The notes under the pieces were generated by a model. That model was given only the letters and a program-made list of their open reading frames with translations. It was not told the DNA's origin and ran no database searches. Position numbers and translations under genes: made by a program. From the NCBI GenBank assembly GCA_963668425.1, contig OY764332.1, positions 460,336 through 524,335 on the forward strand: a stretch of DNA of 64,000 nucleotides, written 5' to 3'. Shown piece by piece: positions 23,424 through 33,798 of this stretch. The DNA comes from Minisyncoccota bacterium. GTDB taxonomy: Bacteria > Patescibacteriota > Minisyncoccia > Phycocordibacterales > JABAAK01. Within the stretch, counting starts at the first letter, position 1, and every line of letters starts with the position of its first letter.

Positions 23424-23566
23424 CTTGCCAGTAGAATGTTTGGTTTTTTATATGAGCCGAGTGCTAAAAGCACTTGGCTCGTTTTTATATACAGAAAAAT
23501 GGATTTTTTGGAGGGTGTGCAAAGAGGGCATGGTTGGTGGTTGGGTGTGGTAGCATACAAAGTATC

Positions 23567-24250
23567 ATGAGTATTGTATCTTTTGATGGGGCAACCAAGT
23601 ATTATGGTGATACAGTCGCAGCGCAGGATGTATCATTTGAGATTGATGGTGGTGAGCTTGTTACCTTGGTTGGGCATTCTGGCTCTGGGAAGAGTACCTT
23701 GTTTAAGTTGATTTTAGGTGAGGAAGGTGTGTATTCTGGTGTGGTGTGTCGAGGTGGTGTTGATATCGCCGGTATGTCAAAGCGGGAACTGATTGAGCAT
23801 CGGCGGAAGACAGGTGTGATTTTTCAGGATTTTCGTCTATTGCCTCGGAAAACAGTTTATGAAAACATCTCGTTTGCAATGGAAGCGCTTGGTTATGATG
23901 AAAAGCAAATAGAAAATGATGTGCCATATGTACTTGACTTAGTTGATTTGCGGCATAAGGTGTGGGCGTTTTCGCAAGAGCTTTCGGGTGGCGAACAGCA
24001 ACGAGTGGCAATTGCGCGAGCAATTGTGAATCAGCCCGAGCTGTTGCTTGCGGATGAGCCGACTGGTAATCTTGATCCTGTCAATGCGCATGAGGTGATT
24101 AACATCTTAAAGCAGATTAACAAGCTCGGTACTACTGTGATACTCGCCACGCACGATCAGTCAGTAGTGAAAAAAATAAAAAAACGAGTTATTACTCTGG
24201 TGAATGGCGAGGTTGCACTTGACGATTCGAAAGGTAAGTATATTTTATAA
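23567..24250 (+). CDS. ftsE: Cell division ABC ATPase
   Basis: GHSGSGKST, FQDFRLL, LSGGEQQRVAIARA, ADEPTGNLDP. Confidence 0.93.
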   Translation: MSIVSFDGATKYYGDTVAAQDVSFEIDGGELVTLVGHSGSGKSTLFKLILGEEGVYSGVVCRGGVDIAGMSKRELIEHRRKTGVIFQDFRLLPRKTVYENISFAMEALGYDEKQIENDVPYVLDLVDLRHKVWAFSQELSGGEQQRVAIARAIVNQPELLLADEPTGNLDPVNAHEVINILKQINKLGTTVILATHDQSVVKKIKKRVITLVNGEVALDDSKGKYIL

Positions 24251-24252
24251 GT

Positions 24253-25179
24253 ATGGGAGGTACACAGATAAAAAGGACTTTTTACTTAGGATTAGTTAAT
24301 GTTGTGCGGAATTCGTTTGTTTCGTTTTCGGTGATATTTGTTATGACCGTTTCATTGTTTATTGTTGGGTTTTCACTTTTGTTTGGGCAGGTGATGAATG
24401 ATGTGACTGAGGAGTTGCGGGATAAGGTTGATGTCACGGCGTACTTCGTGACAGATACACCCGAAGGGCAAATCTTTGCTTTTCGTGATCGTCTTGAGGA
24501 ATTGTCGCAAGTGCAGGAAGTGCTCTATGTCTCACAGGAGATAGCGTTGGAGGAGTATCGCAAGAGACATGAGAATGATCCAGATATCTTACACGGGTTA
24601 GATATTCTTGAGGATAATCCATTTCGTGCACGGCTCTCTATTCGTGCACAACAATCAGGTGATTTTGAATCCATTGTCCGTTTTTTGCAGAATGAGGATA
24701 TTCTTTCCGACAATCCGACAACGGTGATTGATAAGATTGATTTCTATCAAAACCGCCAAGTTATTATGCGCCTGGCATCTGTTGTTGGTACTGCATCTTT
24801 GCTGACGCGAGTAATTATTGCTCTGCTGATATTTATTTCATGCATTATCGTCTTTAATATTATTCGCCTCATTATTTATCTTAGTCGTGAAGAAATTAAG
24901 GTGATGCGTCTTATCGGTGCGGAGGATTGGTATATTCGCGTGCCGTTTTTGGTTTCAGGAGGTATCTATGGGTTTGTTGGTTCAATCTTGGCAACGGTGT
25001 TTTTGTATCCAATCTCGTACTGGCTTTCTCCGGCAGTTGAGCGGTTTTTTGAGGGGCAAGGGTTGTTTTCTTATTATGTTTCAGAATTCTTTATGTTAGT
25101 ACTTATTTTGACTGTTCTTGGTGTTTTTGTCGGAATATTTTCAAGTTACCTTTCTACTCAACGTTATTTGGATGACTAA
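24253..25179 (+). CDS. ftsX: Cell division permease
   Basis: NIIRL..REEIKVMRLIGA..IRVPF; follows ftsE. Confidence 0.92.
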   Translation: MGGTQIKRTFYLGLVNVVRNSFVSFSVIFVMTVSLFIVGFSLLFGQVMNDVTEELRDKVDVTAYFVTDTPEGQIFAFRDRLEELSQVQEVLYVSQEIALEEYRKRHENDPDILHGLDILEDNPFRARLSIRAQQSGDFESIVRFLQNEDILSDNPTTVIDKIDFYQNRQVIMRLASVVGTASLLTRVIIALLIFISCIIVFNIIRLIIYLSREEIKVMRLIGAEDWYIRVPFLVSGGIYGFVGSILATVFLYPISYWLSPAVERFFEGQGLFSYYVSEFFMLVLILTVLGVFVGIFSSYLSTQRYLDD

Positions 25180-25238
25180 TCTGCAGAAATAGTAAAATTG
25201 TATTATTATACATACATACTATTGATTGTGTATTTGTG

Positions 25239-25310
25239 TGCCGGATCGTCTAATTGGTAGGACGACGGGTTTTGATCCCGTTAATCTAGGTTCGAGTCCT
25301 AGTCCGGCAG
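25239..25310 (+). tRNA. tRNA-Gln(TTG)
   Basis: Cloverleaf, ACGGG-TT-TTG-AT-CCCGT, GTTCGAGTC; CCA not encoded. Confidence 0.95.
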
Positions 25311-25339
25311 CTAACTAGTAAAGAGGGGGTGTTTAGTGA

Positions 25340-25843
25340 ATGGAGCAAAGGCATGTAATGAGTTCACGTGCTAATTCAAATAGACAGATTATTAAGAGAG
25401 GTTATGAAGAAGGCGTACTTTACCTTGTTCATGGTGATGAAATTGGGTTTGTTGATGAAGAGGATGGGGATGTCAGTGAGATTTCTGGGTTTATTGGAAT
25501 GCTTGAGCCGGGGACAACGTATATTCTTGCCACACGGTACGATGAAAAAAATGGCTGGCATACACTTATAACTCATCCGAATGGAATAACACCCCTGAGT
25601 CAAAATACTGGGTTAGGTGGTGATTCGAATGTTTTTATAGAGGATGATAATGATAGAATTGTAGCACTTAGAGAAGCATACAAAGATGAGATCTTGCTTG
25701 ATGTGGATGTGGCAAATGATAATGCAAGGAATAGCTATGCATCTTTGCGGAAATCAACGGAAAGGGATTTGGGGGAGGTTTCGGAAGAAGAAGTTAAAGA
25801 AGAGGTTCGAAAAAATGACTTTGAAGGTGATTTTCCTAGATGA
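25340..25843 (+). CDS. 5'-truncated paralog of 51260..51910 (possible pseudogene)
   Basis: LEPGTTYILATRY..WHTLITHPNG..AYKDEILLDVDVA..ARNS matches 51260..51910; N-terminal half absent. Confidence 0.7.
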   Translation: MEQRHVMSSRANSNRQIIKRGYEEGVLYLVHGDEIGFVDEEDGDVSEISGFIGMLEPGTTYILATRYDEKNGWHTLITHPNGITPLSQNTGLGGDSNVFIEDDNDRIVALREAYKDEILLDVDVANDNARNSYASLRKSTERDLGEVSEEEVKEEVRKNDFEGDFPR

Positions 25844-25875
25844 TTTTTTTGTGATTATGAAAAGATTATGAAAAA

Positions 25876-25897
25876 CACGGCACCAAGTGGTGCCGTG
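25876..25897. terminator. Hairpin between convergent genes
   Basis: CACGGCACCA-AG-TGGTGCCGTG. Confidence 0.65.
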
Positions 25898-25919
25898 CTG
25901 GTTATTGTCCCCTCATCTT

Positions 25920-26615
25920 TCATTCATAGTGAGGGATAATGAAGGCGAATCTGCCGCAATAGTCCTCAGGGTTAAGGGAATTGAATAATCTGTCTTGGTC
26001 TGTGTTGTTTGTAGTATTTTCTATCAGAGCGTTTGAGTTGAGCCAGAGTCCAATGTTGGTTTCTGGGTGTGGGGATGTGTCATCCCGCACTATACTGAAT
26101 ATCTGTGGTATGCCGTCGGCATACCAATTATTTTCTTCAGTTGCTATAAAGAATCCATGATACACTCCGTAGTTAGGTTGATCAGTAAACTGTAGGCGTA
26201 ACTGTACAGCAACTTCAGGTGGACATGGTGCATAACCAAACTCTTTCCCTTTTTCAAGGATATCTTTGAAGGATACTAATGCATCTTCTTCAAACCCTAA
26301 ATCAAAGAGGGAGAGGATTATTACCGCTACCTCACTCTCTTCCTTTGCGATTGGGAAGTTTGGGTGAGAGAGTGATTGCACTGACTGCTGGTCTACTAGA
26401 AATTTTTCTTCTCTAATCTTTCTTAAAAGATCAATGCCGGTTTTCTGCGTTCCAATAGTTAGCGTGGGAAATGGAACGTTTAAATCCCGATCCCCCTTTT
26501 CCATCTCAGGGCATGTGCCTGTATCTATGTTTTCTGAGCAAGAGGTAGTGAAGAGTAGTCCTGAAAAAACTAAGAAAATCAGGTTTGTTTTTATAAGGAA
26601 TGCAAGATTTTTCAT
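25920..26615 (-). CDS. Putative lipoprotein, paralog of 50491..51189
   Basis: Lipobox-like TTSC; LSHPNFP, CPPEVAVQLRLQFTDQ, DGIP.IF, SPHPET.IGL shared. Confidence 0.85.
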   Translation of the reverse strand: MKNLAFLIKTNLIFLVFSGLLFTTSCSENIDTGTCPEMEKGDRDLNVPFPTLTIGTQKTGIDLLRKIREEKFLVDQQSVQSLSHPNFPIAKEESEVAVIILSLFDLGFEEDALVSFKDILEKGKEFGYAPCPPEVAVQLRLQFTDQPNYGVYHGFFIATEENNWYADGIPQIFSIVRDDTSPHPETNIGLWLNSNALIENTTNNTDQDRLFNSLNPEDYCGRFAFIIPHYE

Positions 26616-26829
26616 GTCGCCCCCTTCATTCATTTTTTTATTCTGCTGTTAGTTTACCATATTCTTATGGGTGAGCACAGGAGCAGGTTTTTATCATGCG
26701 TTCACACTATGAAAGTTGAACGATTTCATGTGGTTAGCATGTTCAGATATCCGATTAGTAAGATAGTGGAATTTTTGTTTGGTATGGCAAGCAGTTGTTT
26801 CAGATGCTACTCTTTGCTATCTGGTATTG

Positions 26830-29800
26830 CTATTGTGCCAGGGTAGTGAAAGGTACTGGTATGCTTTTTTGCTCTTGTTGCCAAACATTGTCCACCCTAG
26901 GTATTACTTCTACAGCATATGCTGTATTTGATCGGAGTCCGTCTATTTTCTTATAGTTGGTAGATACAAACTGATACTGTGATGTATTGCTTTGGGCGCC
27001 TGTTTTCCACCACCTGACTGTGTACTGATCTGCCTTAGGTAGTGTTGGCCAGGTAGCCGTGGCGCTATCAGATGTGATAGATATTACAGAGAGGGAAATC
27101 TTCTCCTTCGCTATTGTATCATCATCATCTGCTATTGTTGTCGTTGCTGTGCCTTGGGTACTGGAGATTGTGTAGCCACTGCCAGCAGTTACGGTTACCG
27201 TTACCGAGCCGTCTGGTTCATCTACTTGGTCTCCATTCGCTGGGATGGTCAGTGTCGCTGTTCCACTTGTGGGGATAGTTACCGTCTGACTTCCAGCTGT
27301 TATACCATAGTTGCCACTTGCCGTAATTGATACCGTTACTGGCAGATCTGCTGTCGGTACTGGGCTCGCTGAGAGGGTGAATGTTGCACTGCTCCCCTCT
27401 GTTATACCGCCGTCAGTCCTGATACGTATCTCTGGGATGGAAGGCGTTACCCCATCATCATCTGCTATTGTTGTTGTTGCTGTGCCTTGGGTACTGGAGA
27501 TTGTGTAGCCACTGCCAGCAGTTACGGTTACCGTTACCGAGCCGTCTGGTTCATCTACTTGGTCTCCATTCGCTGGGATGGTCAGTGTCGCTGTTCCACT
27601 TGTGGGGATAGTTACCGTCTGACTTCCAGCTGTTATACCATAGTTGCCACTTGCCGTAATTGATACCGTTACTGGCAGATCTGCTGTCGGTACTGGGCTC
27701 GCTGAGAGGGTGAATGTTGCACTGCTCCCCTCTGTTATACCGCCGTCAGTCCTGATACGTATCTCTGGGATGGAAGGCGTTACCCCATCATCATCTGCTA
27801 TTGTTGTTGTTGCTGTGCCTTGGGTACTGGAGATTGTGTAGCCACTGCCAGCAGTTACGGTTACCGTTACCGAGCCGTCTGGTTCATCTACTTGGTCTCC
27901 ATTCGCTGGGATGGTCAGTGTCGCTGTTCCACTTGTGGGGATAGTTACCGTCTGACTTCCAGCTGTTATACCATAGTTGCCACTTGCCGTAATTGATACC
28001 GTTACTGGCAGATCTGCTGTCGGTACTGGGCTCGCTGAGAGGGTGAATGTTGCACTGCTCCCCTCTGTTATACCGCCGTCAGTCCTGATACGTATCTCTG
28101 GGATGGAAGGCGTTACCCCATCATCATCTGCTATTGTTGTTGTTGCTGTGCCTTGGGTACTGGAGATTGTGTAGCCACTGCCAGCAGTTACGGTTACCGT
28201 TACCGAGCCGTCTGGTTCATCTACTTGGTCTCCATTCGCTGGGATGGTCAGTGTCGCTGTTCCACTTGTGGGGATAGTTACCGTCTGACTTCCAGCTGTT
28301 ATACCATAGTTGCCACTTGCCGTAATTGATACCGTTACTGGCAGATCTGCTGTCGGTACTGGGCTCGCTGAGAGGGTGAATGTTGCACTGCTCCCCTCTG
28401 TTATACCGCCGTCAGTCCTGATACGTATCTCTGGGATGGAAGGCGTTACCCCATCATCATCTGCTATTGTTGTTGTTGCTGTGCCTTGGGTACTGGAGAT
28501 TGTGTAGCCACTGCCAGCAGTTACGGTTACCGTTACCGAGCCGTCTGGTTCATCTACTTGGTCTCCATTCGCTGGGATGGTCAGTGTCGCTGTTCCACTT
28601 GTGGGGATAGTTACCGTCTGACTTCCAGCTGTTATACCATAGTTGCCACTTGCCGTAATTGATACCGTTACTGGCAGATCTGCTGTCGGTACTGGGCTCG
28701 CTGAGAGGGTGAATGTTGCACTGCTCCCCTCTGTTATACCGCCGTCAGTCCTGATACGTATCTCTGGGATGGAAGGCGTTACCCCATCATCATCTGCTAT
28801 TGTTGTTGTTGCTGTGCCTTGGGTACTGGAGATTGTGTAGCCACTGCCAGCAGTTACGGTTACCGTTACCGAGCCGTCTGGTTCATCTACTTGGTCTCCA
28901 TTCGCTGGGATGGTCAGTGTCGCTGTTCCACTTGTGGGGATAGTTACCGTCTGACTTCCAGCTGTTATACCATAGTTGCCACTTGCCGTAATTGATACCG
29001 TTACTGGCAGATCTGCTGTCGGTACTGGGCTCGCTGAGAGGGTGAATGTTGCACTGCTCCCCTCTGTTATACCGCCGTCAGTCCTGATACGTATCTCTGG
29101 GATGGAAGGCACTGGATCATTGTGAGAGAGTAGTATGATACGTGGTATTGTTGGTTCTACTTGGTATAAGTCAGGACGAGTCGTAGCAAACCCGTTAGGT
29201 GTTCGTACCACAATATACTGTAAGGCGTCAAGATCGGGAAAGGTGATTTTTTGAGCATCGGCTTCCATTGTGAGTACCTCTGAGTCAGACCCAGATTTAG
29301 TTTTTGGCTCTATGGTCAGAGGGAAATCCCGTTTCCGACTGATAAACAGGTATTGCTTTTGTTTGTTAATTGTTATATGCAATGAGTCATCATCTATATG
29401 TTTGATGGCTAAGATATTATGGGCGGGGTCTATCGTTATTCCGGGCAGGTTGCCGATCAAGGATAGGGTGGCTGTTGCTGCGGCGTCCTGCTCTACCTTA
29501 TTGTCGTCTTTGGTTTCTATCTCGATGTAACCGCGATTTTCTCCTATCTGCATTTGTTCCACTTTCCATTCGATGTCATGATCGGCAGGTTCAGGATCGG
29601 AGTTTTGAGGGATGATAATGAAATTTCCTGCCGTGATGGTAAAGCCCAGCGATAATGTCTGTGTTGGAATTCTGAATGGAATTCGCCGGCTGGAAGTGAA
29701 ATATATTCGATATATCTGATTTCCTTCCGTAATGTTGACGGAAGGAGGTCCGGTAAGACGGATGGTGATGGGCGTGTCATTGTCTACTATCTGCACGGTT

Positions 29801-32800
29801 TTGTCATAGGTCTTGCCGTTATACCGTTCGTCAGTAGAACTCAGTGTAAATCTGATAATCACGGTATCCAGCTCGTTGGTGTCACTGTCTGGTGTCCCGA
29901 GAATGGAAATTGCTTCATCTGTATAGTCGGTTGGACTGAAAGTCAGCGGGCCTCCACTTATGGTGGCATGACTGCTGCCTGTGCTGATTGTTACCTGTGC
30001 TGTTACCTGTGCCGTTGGGGCTGAGTCCAAAGATACCTGCAATGTACCGGCGTTTTCCTCACCAATGTAAAAATCCTGATGCTCGTCTATTCCCTGAGGT
30101 GTTAGCGTTATCCACTGTACATGGTTGGAGGGATCAAAGAGGTACAAGTTGACAGGAGAACCTTGGGTCACTGGATCTGGGTTTCTCGTGTCTGTCTTAG
30201 TGAAGGACAGATCGCCAATAGTTACTGTTACTGCTTCAATGTCGGCCTCTATCGTACTGTCATCAGGAGCGTTTAATGTGAGCGTTGCAGTGGTTGCTGT
30301 GCTTGGGGCAAAAGACACAGTAGCATTGGCGGTGCCAACTCCTGTGTAGGTAACCCCTGCTGCTGCTGTCTCGGTTAGCGTGTAGTCAGTGCCTTGGTCA
30401 GCGTCGCCGGTAACAGTTACTGGCACAGTCAGTGCTTCTCCGGTTTGCAGTGGTCTGTTGAGGGTTAGGGTAATGATGGAATCCTCACCACCTTCAAGTA
30501 TGATTTTCCGCGAGGCATCCAATGTCACCTGTATTGGCTCGTCGTCAATGATGAGTACCGTTGCCGCTGCATTGCTACCGGTGGTAATGGCGGTTGGGCT
30601 GTTTGGTAGTTGATTGGCGTTGATAGTGATGGTGAACTGCTCGTTACCTTCGGCTAGATCATCATTAGGTATATTTGCAGAAAATGTGGCAGTGGACTCA
30701 CCTGCTTTGATAACGATTCCATTGTCGGCGAGGAGGAAGTCCGTTCCTCGGGTTGCGCCCTGTTCTGTGATAGTGATGGGTAGGGTGAGATCACTTCCCA
30801 ATGGTGCACTTAATGTAACCGTTGCTTCAAGCAGTCCAGATGCCTCGTTGACGACAAACATGTTTTTGGAGAATTGGACAGTTGATGTTGCTGGTGGGTC
30901 CTGAATGGTGCTGCTGTATATTGTGCCTTGAGCACCTCCGTGCAGGTTAACGCCGGAGGTTGTGTCTACATCAAGGGTGATGGTGATGGTTTCTGGCGCT
31001 GTCTCGGCGGTTGAGTCCGTCAATACTTGTAGGAATTCGTACATCTGTATATCGGCAATGCTATCTGTATTTTCCGTTGGATCACCTCCGGTAAAGGTGA
31101 TACTTGGACTGTTTCCATTAAAGTTGTTACATACCGCCTTCATATTTTTCAAATTATCAAATCGAGGACAGAGCAGTTTATAGTCCGTGCCGTAGGTTGC
31201 TGTCCCCCCGAAGGTGAATGGTATTGTTATCTCTTCAGGTGCGATTAACTCTCGACTGAGTGTAGTGTTGAACTGATAGATTCCTCCTTCTACTAGGTGC
31301 TCTGGGTTTCCACCAATTACAGGAGTTGCGGATATTAAGGTTGCCTGGCTGTCGTAAATTGGCAGATTGACGGAGTTGGCAGATCCTAAGGTGTAGACGC
31401 CATTGTAATGAGGATCAATGGTTACGGTAATCTGTCCGTTACCAGTGGCCGCTGGTTGGTCAATGCCGTCATTTCGTGTTTCTACCTTGATAGTGGCGGT
31501 GGTTGCTTCTGCAGGTATGGTGGCAGTGAAGAGTCCTGTTTTATCGTCGTCAATGTAGTCATGACCCGGTCCGTCAGTAACGCGATACTTTACTTCTAGG
31601 TCAATATCTGATGATTGGTTGGCGGTGATTGTGAATCTTGCTTCACCTCCTTCTACTACCTCAGTAGCACTATTCATAGGTGCGATGGTAAGCTCCACCT
31701 TTTCCCAAATAGACACACTTGACCCTTCGGTGCTTAAAAGATTCAGCCAACCGGGAAGATTGTTTGTTTGTATGGAGATCTCAAACATTTCAACATTCTC
31801 GTCAATGCTGTCTTTTGCAGTGGGTATTGTGAAGGTTTTTGATTGCTCTCCTTTGGTAAATTTGACTTGGTAAGGTCCTGCTGTATAGTCAGCTGGTGCA
31901 GTTGCGGTTTTGTCTTTGGTATTGACGGTGATGGTTACGTCTTCTTGAGCCGGTGCTGTGAGATGTAGGGTAACTTTTGCACCATCACCTTCACCAACTT
32001 CAAGATTTTTTCTACTGTCATCAAATAGTATTCCAGTTTTCTCTACCTGAAATACTGGAGTGATGCCGTAGAGGCGGTGCTTTGTCGTGTTAGAGGCAGT
32101 GTTGGAAGTGTTGGTATTGCCGATAGGATTGATGCCTGTGCCTGTTACTAACCCTACGGCTCCCCACAAGACCTGACTGGCTCCTAGTGGATTTGTGTTG
32201 TGTTTGGTGCCGTCGTCGTTGGAACCAGTCCACACGGTTATATGGTCTGGGGTTATGCGGTTGCCGGACTCGTCTCTTGGTAGGTTTTGCCGTAAGGGTT
32301 TCCAAGAGCCGTCGTAGAAGTCGGCGTAAGAGTCGGCGACTTTGTCGCCACTTACCCAGTAAATGGGGACATTGTCGTTGGTATCCTGCCATGTTGAGGT
32401 GTTGTTGTTCCACATAGCAGTGTTGTCACGAGCATCAATGGTGCTGGTGGATCCGACTATTTTTATGTTTGCTATTGTGTTGCTGTCTACCTCATCGTTT
32501 GTGAAGGCGTTGTTATTACCAGCGGCGGTCTGTACAAGCGTGTTATAGGTGTTACTATCTGTTGAGTCAGCAGTGTGCTGAGTGGAGGTGATGAATATGA
32601 GGCGGAACTTGTCGTCAGTGCCAATTCCATCGGGGATCAGGGATGAGCTTGGCTGAATCATAAATGGATTGCTCACACTCTGCGCTTCTGCTGGGGCTTG
32701 TGGTCCGAACAAAGATGCTAGTCCAATTGCCACAAGTAAGGCGAGTACGATTGCATAGTGAAATACGTTTTTACTTTGATTGAATACATGTTGATGTCTT

Positions 32801-32874
32801 GGTGTATGCATGATTCTATCTTTTATTATCACACGTTCGGCTTGTTGAATCAAGGTATTTGCTATATTTGCCAT
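26830..32874 (-). CDS. Giant surface adhesin-like protein: Calx-beta/Ig-like domains, six 111-aa tandem repeats, C-terminal FN3-like domain
   Basis: ~2015-aa ORF, signal-like segment ending AEA, motifs TATAPADY, DDLAEGNEQFTITI, DQVDEPDGSVTVT, IDGLRSNTAYAVEV. Confidence 0.9.
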   Translation of the reverse strand: MANIANTLIQQAERVIIKDRIMHTPRHQHVFNQSKNVFHYAIVLALLVAIGLASLFGPQAPAEAQSVSNPFMIQPSSSLIPDGIGTDDKFRLIFITSTQHTADSTDSNTYNTLVQTAAGNNNAFTNDEVDSNTIANIKIVGSTSTIDARDNTAMWNNNTSTWQDTNDNVPIYWVSGDKVADSYADFYDGSWKPLRQNLPRDESGNRITPDHITVWTGSNDDGTKHNTNPLGASQVLWGAVGLVTGTGINPIGNTNTSNTASNTTKHRLYGITPVFQVEKTGILFDDSRKNLEVGEGDGAKVTLHLTAPAQEDVTITVNTKDKTATAPADYTAGPYQVKFTKGEQSKTFTIPTAKDSIDENVEMFEISIQTNNLPGWLNLLSTEGSSVSIWEKVELTIAPMNSATEVVEGGEARFTITANQSSDIDLEVKYRVTDGPGHDYIDDDKTGLFTATIPAEATTATIKVETRNDGIDQPAATGNGQITVTIDPHYNGVYTLGSANSVNLPIYDSQATLISATPVIGGNPEHLVEGGIYQFNTTLSRELIAPEEITIPFTFGGTATYGTDYKLLCPRFDNLKNMKAVCNNFNGNSPSITFTGGDPTENTDSIADIQMYEFLQVLTDSTAETAPETITITLDVDTTSGVNLHGGAQGTIYSSTIQDPPATSTVQFSKNMFVVNEASGLLEATVTLSAPLGSDLTLPITITEQGATRGTDFLLADNGIVIKAGESTATFSANIPNDDLAEGNEQFTITINANQLPNSPTAITTGSNAAATVLIIDDEPIQVTLDASRKIILEGGEDSIITLTLNRPLQTGEALTVPVTVTGDADQGTDYTLTETAAAGVTYTGVGTANATVSFAPSTATTATLTLNAPDDSTIEADIEAVTVTIGDLSFTKTDTRNPDPVTQGSPVNLYLFDPSNHVQWITLTPQGIDEHQDFYIGEENAGTLQVSLDSAPTAQVTAQVTISTGSSHATISGGPLTFSPTDYTDEAISILGTPDSDTNELDTVIIRFTLSSTDERYNGKTYDKTVQIVDNDTPITIRLTGPPSVNITEGNQIYRIYFTSSRRIPFRIPTQTLSLGFTITAGNFIIIPQNSDPEPADHDIEWKVEQMQIGENRGYIEIETKDDNKVEQDAAATATLSLIGNLPGITIDPAHNILAIKHIDDDSLHITINKQKQYLFISRKRDFPLTIEPKTKSGSDSEVLTMEADAQKITFPDLDALQYIVVRTPNGFATTRPDLYQVEPTIPRIILLSHNDPVPSIPEIRIRTDGGITEGSSATFTLSASPVPTADLPVTVSITASGNYGITAGSQTVTIPTSGTATLTIPANGDQVDEPDGSVTVTVTAGSGYTISSTQGTATTTIADDDGVTPSIPEIRIRTDGGITEGSSATFTLSASPVPTADLPVTVSITASGNYGITAGSQTVTIPTSGTATLTIPANGDQVDEPDGSVTVTVTAGSGYTISSTQGTATTTIADDDGVTPSIPEIRIRTDGGITEGSSATFTLSASPVPTADLPVTVSITASGNYGITAGSQTVTIPTSGTATLTIPANGDQVDEPDGSVTVTVTAGSGYTISSTQGTATTTIADDDGVTPSIPEIRIRTDGGITEGSSATFTLSASPVPTADLPVTVSITASGNYGITAGSQTVTIPTSGTATLTIPANGDQVDEPDGSVTVTVTAGSGYTISSTQGTATTTIADDDGVTPSIPEIRIRTDGGITEGSSATFTLSASPVPTADLPVTVSITASGNYGITAGSQTVTIPTSGTATLTIPANGDQVDEPDGSVTVTVTAGSGYTISSTQGTATTTIADDDGVTPSIPEIRIRTDGGITEGSSATFTLSASPVPTADLPVTVSITASGNYGITAGSQTVTIPTSGTATLTIPANGDQVDEPDGSVTVTVTAGSGYTISSTQGTATTTIADDDDTIAKEKISLSVISITSDSATATWPTLPKADQYTVRWWKTGAQSNTSQYQFVSTNYKKIDGLRSNTAYAVEVIPRVDNVWQQEQKSIPVPFTTLAQ
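27121..29110. repeat. 333-bp tandem repeat x6
   Basis: Units read as identical apart from one synonymous change near 27142. Confidence 0.97.
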
Positions 32875-32985
32875 CACCTTTTCTTGTTGCCATGCTCAAT
32901 TGCATGTTTTGCATCTGTGCATGGGGTGCTGTTTGTGTGGTTTTGCTGTCGCTGGTGTCACGTTTTCTTTTTTGCAGAGGGGACC

Positions 32986-33531
32986 TTATTTGCTTTCTCG
33001 GAGGGTTTTTTCCACGAGGTCCCAGAAGCGTTTTGAGTGGTTCATTTCTTTGAGGTGGCAGAGTTCGTGGACGATGAGCTTGTCTGCCTCTTTTTTTGGG
33101 AGAAAGATTATTTTGTAGTTAAACGTGAGATTTCTACTTGATGAACAAATACCCCAACTTGCTTTGAGCTGCTTTGCCCATATGTTGTTAAAGGTGAATT
33201 TGTTTTTTCTATTCCAGTATGTTACTTTTTCTTCACAAAATCGTAAAGCCCTTTCTTTGTGTTTGAGAAAATGTTCACGATCGTCTATTGCAAGGTTTTC
33301 GTTCATTCCGTATCTTTTTGTGAAGGACTCAACACGTTCCGCTATCCATGGATGCTTTTCTCGGACAAATGTTTCAACTGTTGTTTTTTTGACCCACTTT
33401 GGTTTTGTGACTGTTATTTTTCCGCCGATGCCGATTGCTAGTTTGAGATGTTGTGCCTTTGGATGGTTAACCAGTTCATACTCTAGATATCGGTTTTTAT
33501 ATCTCATTTTTTGTCGTGAGCGAGTAGCCAT
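32986..33531 (-). CDS. YgjP/DUF45 (SprT-like) zinc-dependent hydrolase
   Basis: WGICS, VHELCHLKEMNHSKRFW. Confidence 0.88.
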   Translation of the reverse strand: MATRSRQKMRYKNRYLEYELVNHPKAQHLKLAIGIGGKITVTKPKWVKKTTVETFVREKHPWIAERVESFTKRYGMNENLAIDDREHFLKHKERALRFCEEKVTYWNRKNKFTFNNIWAKQLKASWGICSSSRNLTFNYKIIFLPKKEADKLIVHELCHLKEMNHSKRFWDLVEKTLRESK

Positions 33532-33693
33532 ATACCTCTCAGTATAGCCATCTACTTCTTAAAAAGCAATCTCCTGATACCGTATCTTGGCACTGCGATA
33601 TGTCGTTTGTATGGAATGAAAAGCCCTATAAAATAAGGATATTTTTGTTATTTTAGGGTGACAATGGGGTAATGGGTTGATAAGGGTGGAAAA

Positions 33694-33722
33694 TTGACAA
33701 TACGTCAATATTGCTATATAAT
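33694..33722 (+). promoter_or_regulatory. Perfect consensus sigma-70 promoter
   Basis: TTGACA-17 bp-TATAAT. Confidence 0.85.
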
Positions 33723-33798
33723 ATCTGTATGTTCTATTTTATGGAACAGTCGTATTTTTGTATTTTTTTTACTTAAAAATTTTGAATTGGAGGGAAAA

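Noticed and set aside
27121-29110. Regular repeats as CRISPR array
   Set aside because: 333-bp in-frame coding units, no unique spacers, no cas genes
25311-33600. att-bounded island at tRNA-Gln
   Set aside because: No second copy of the tRNA-Gln 3' end found
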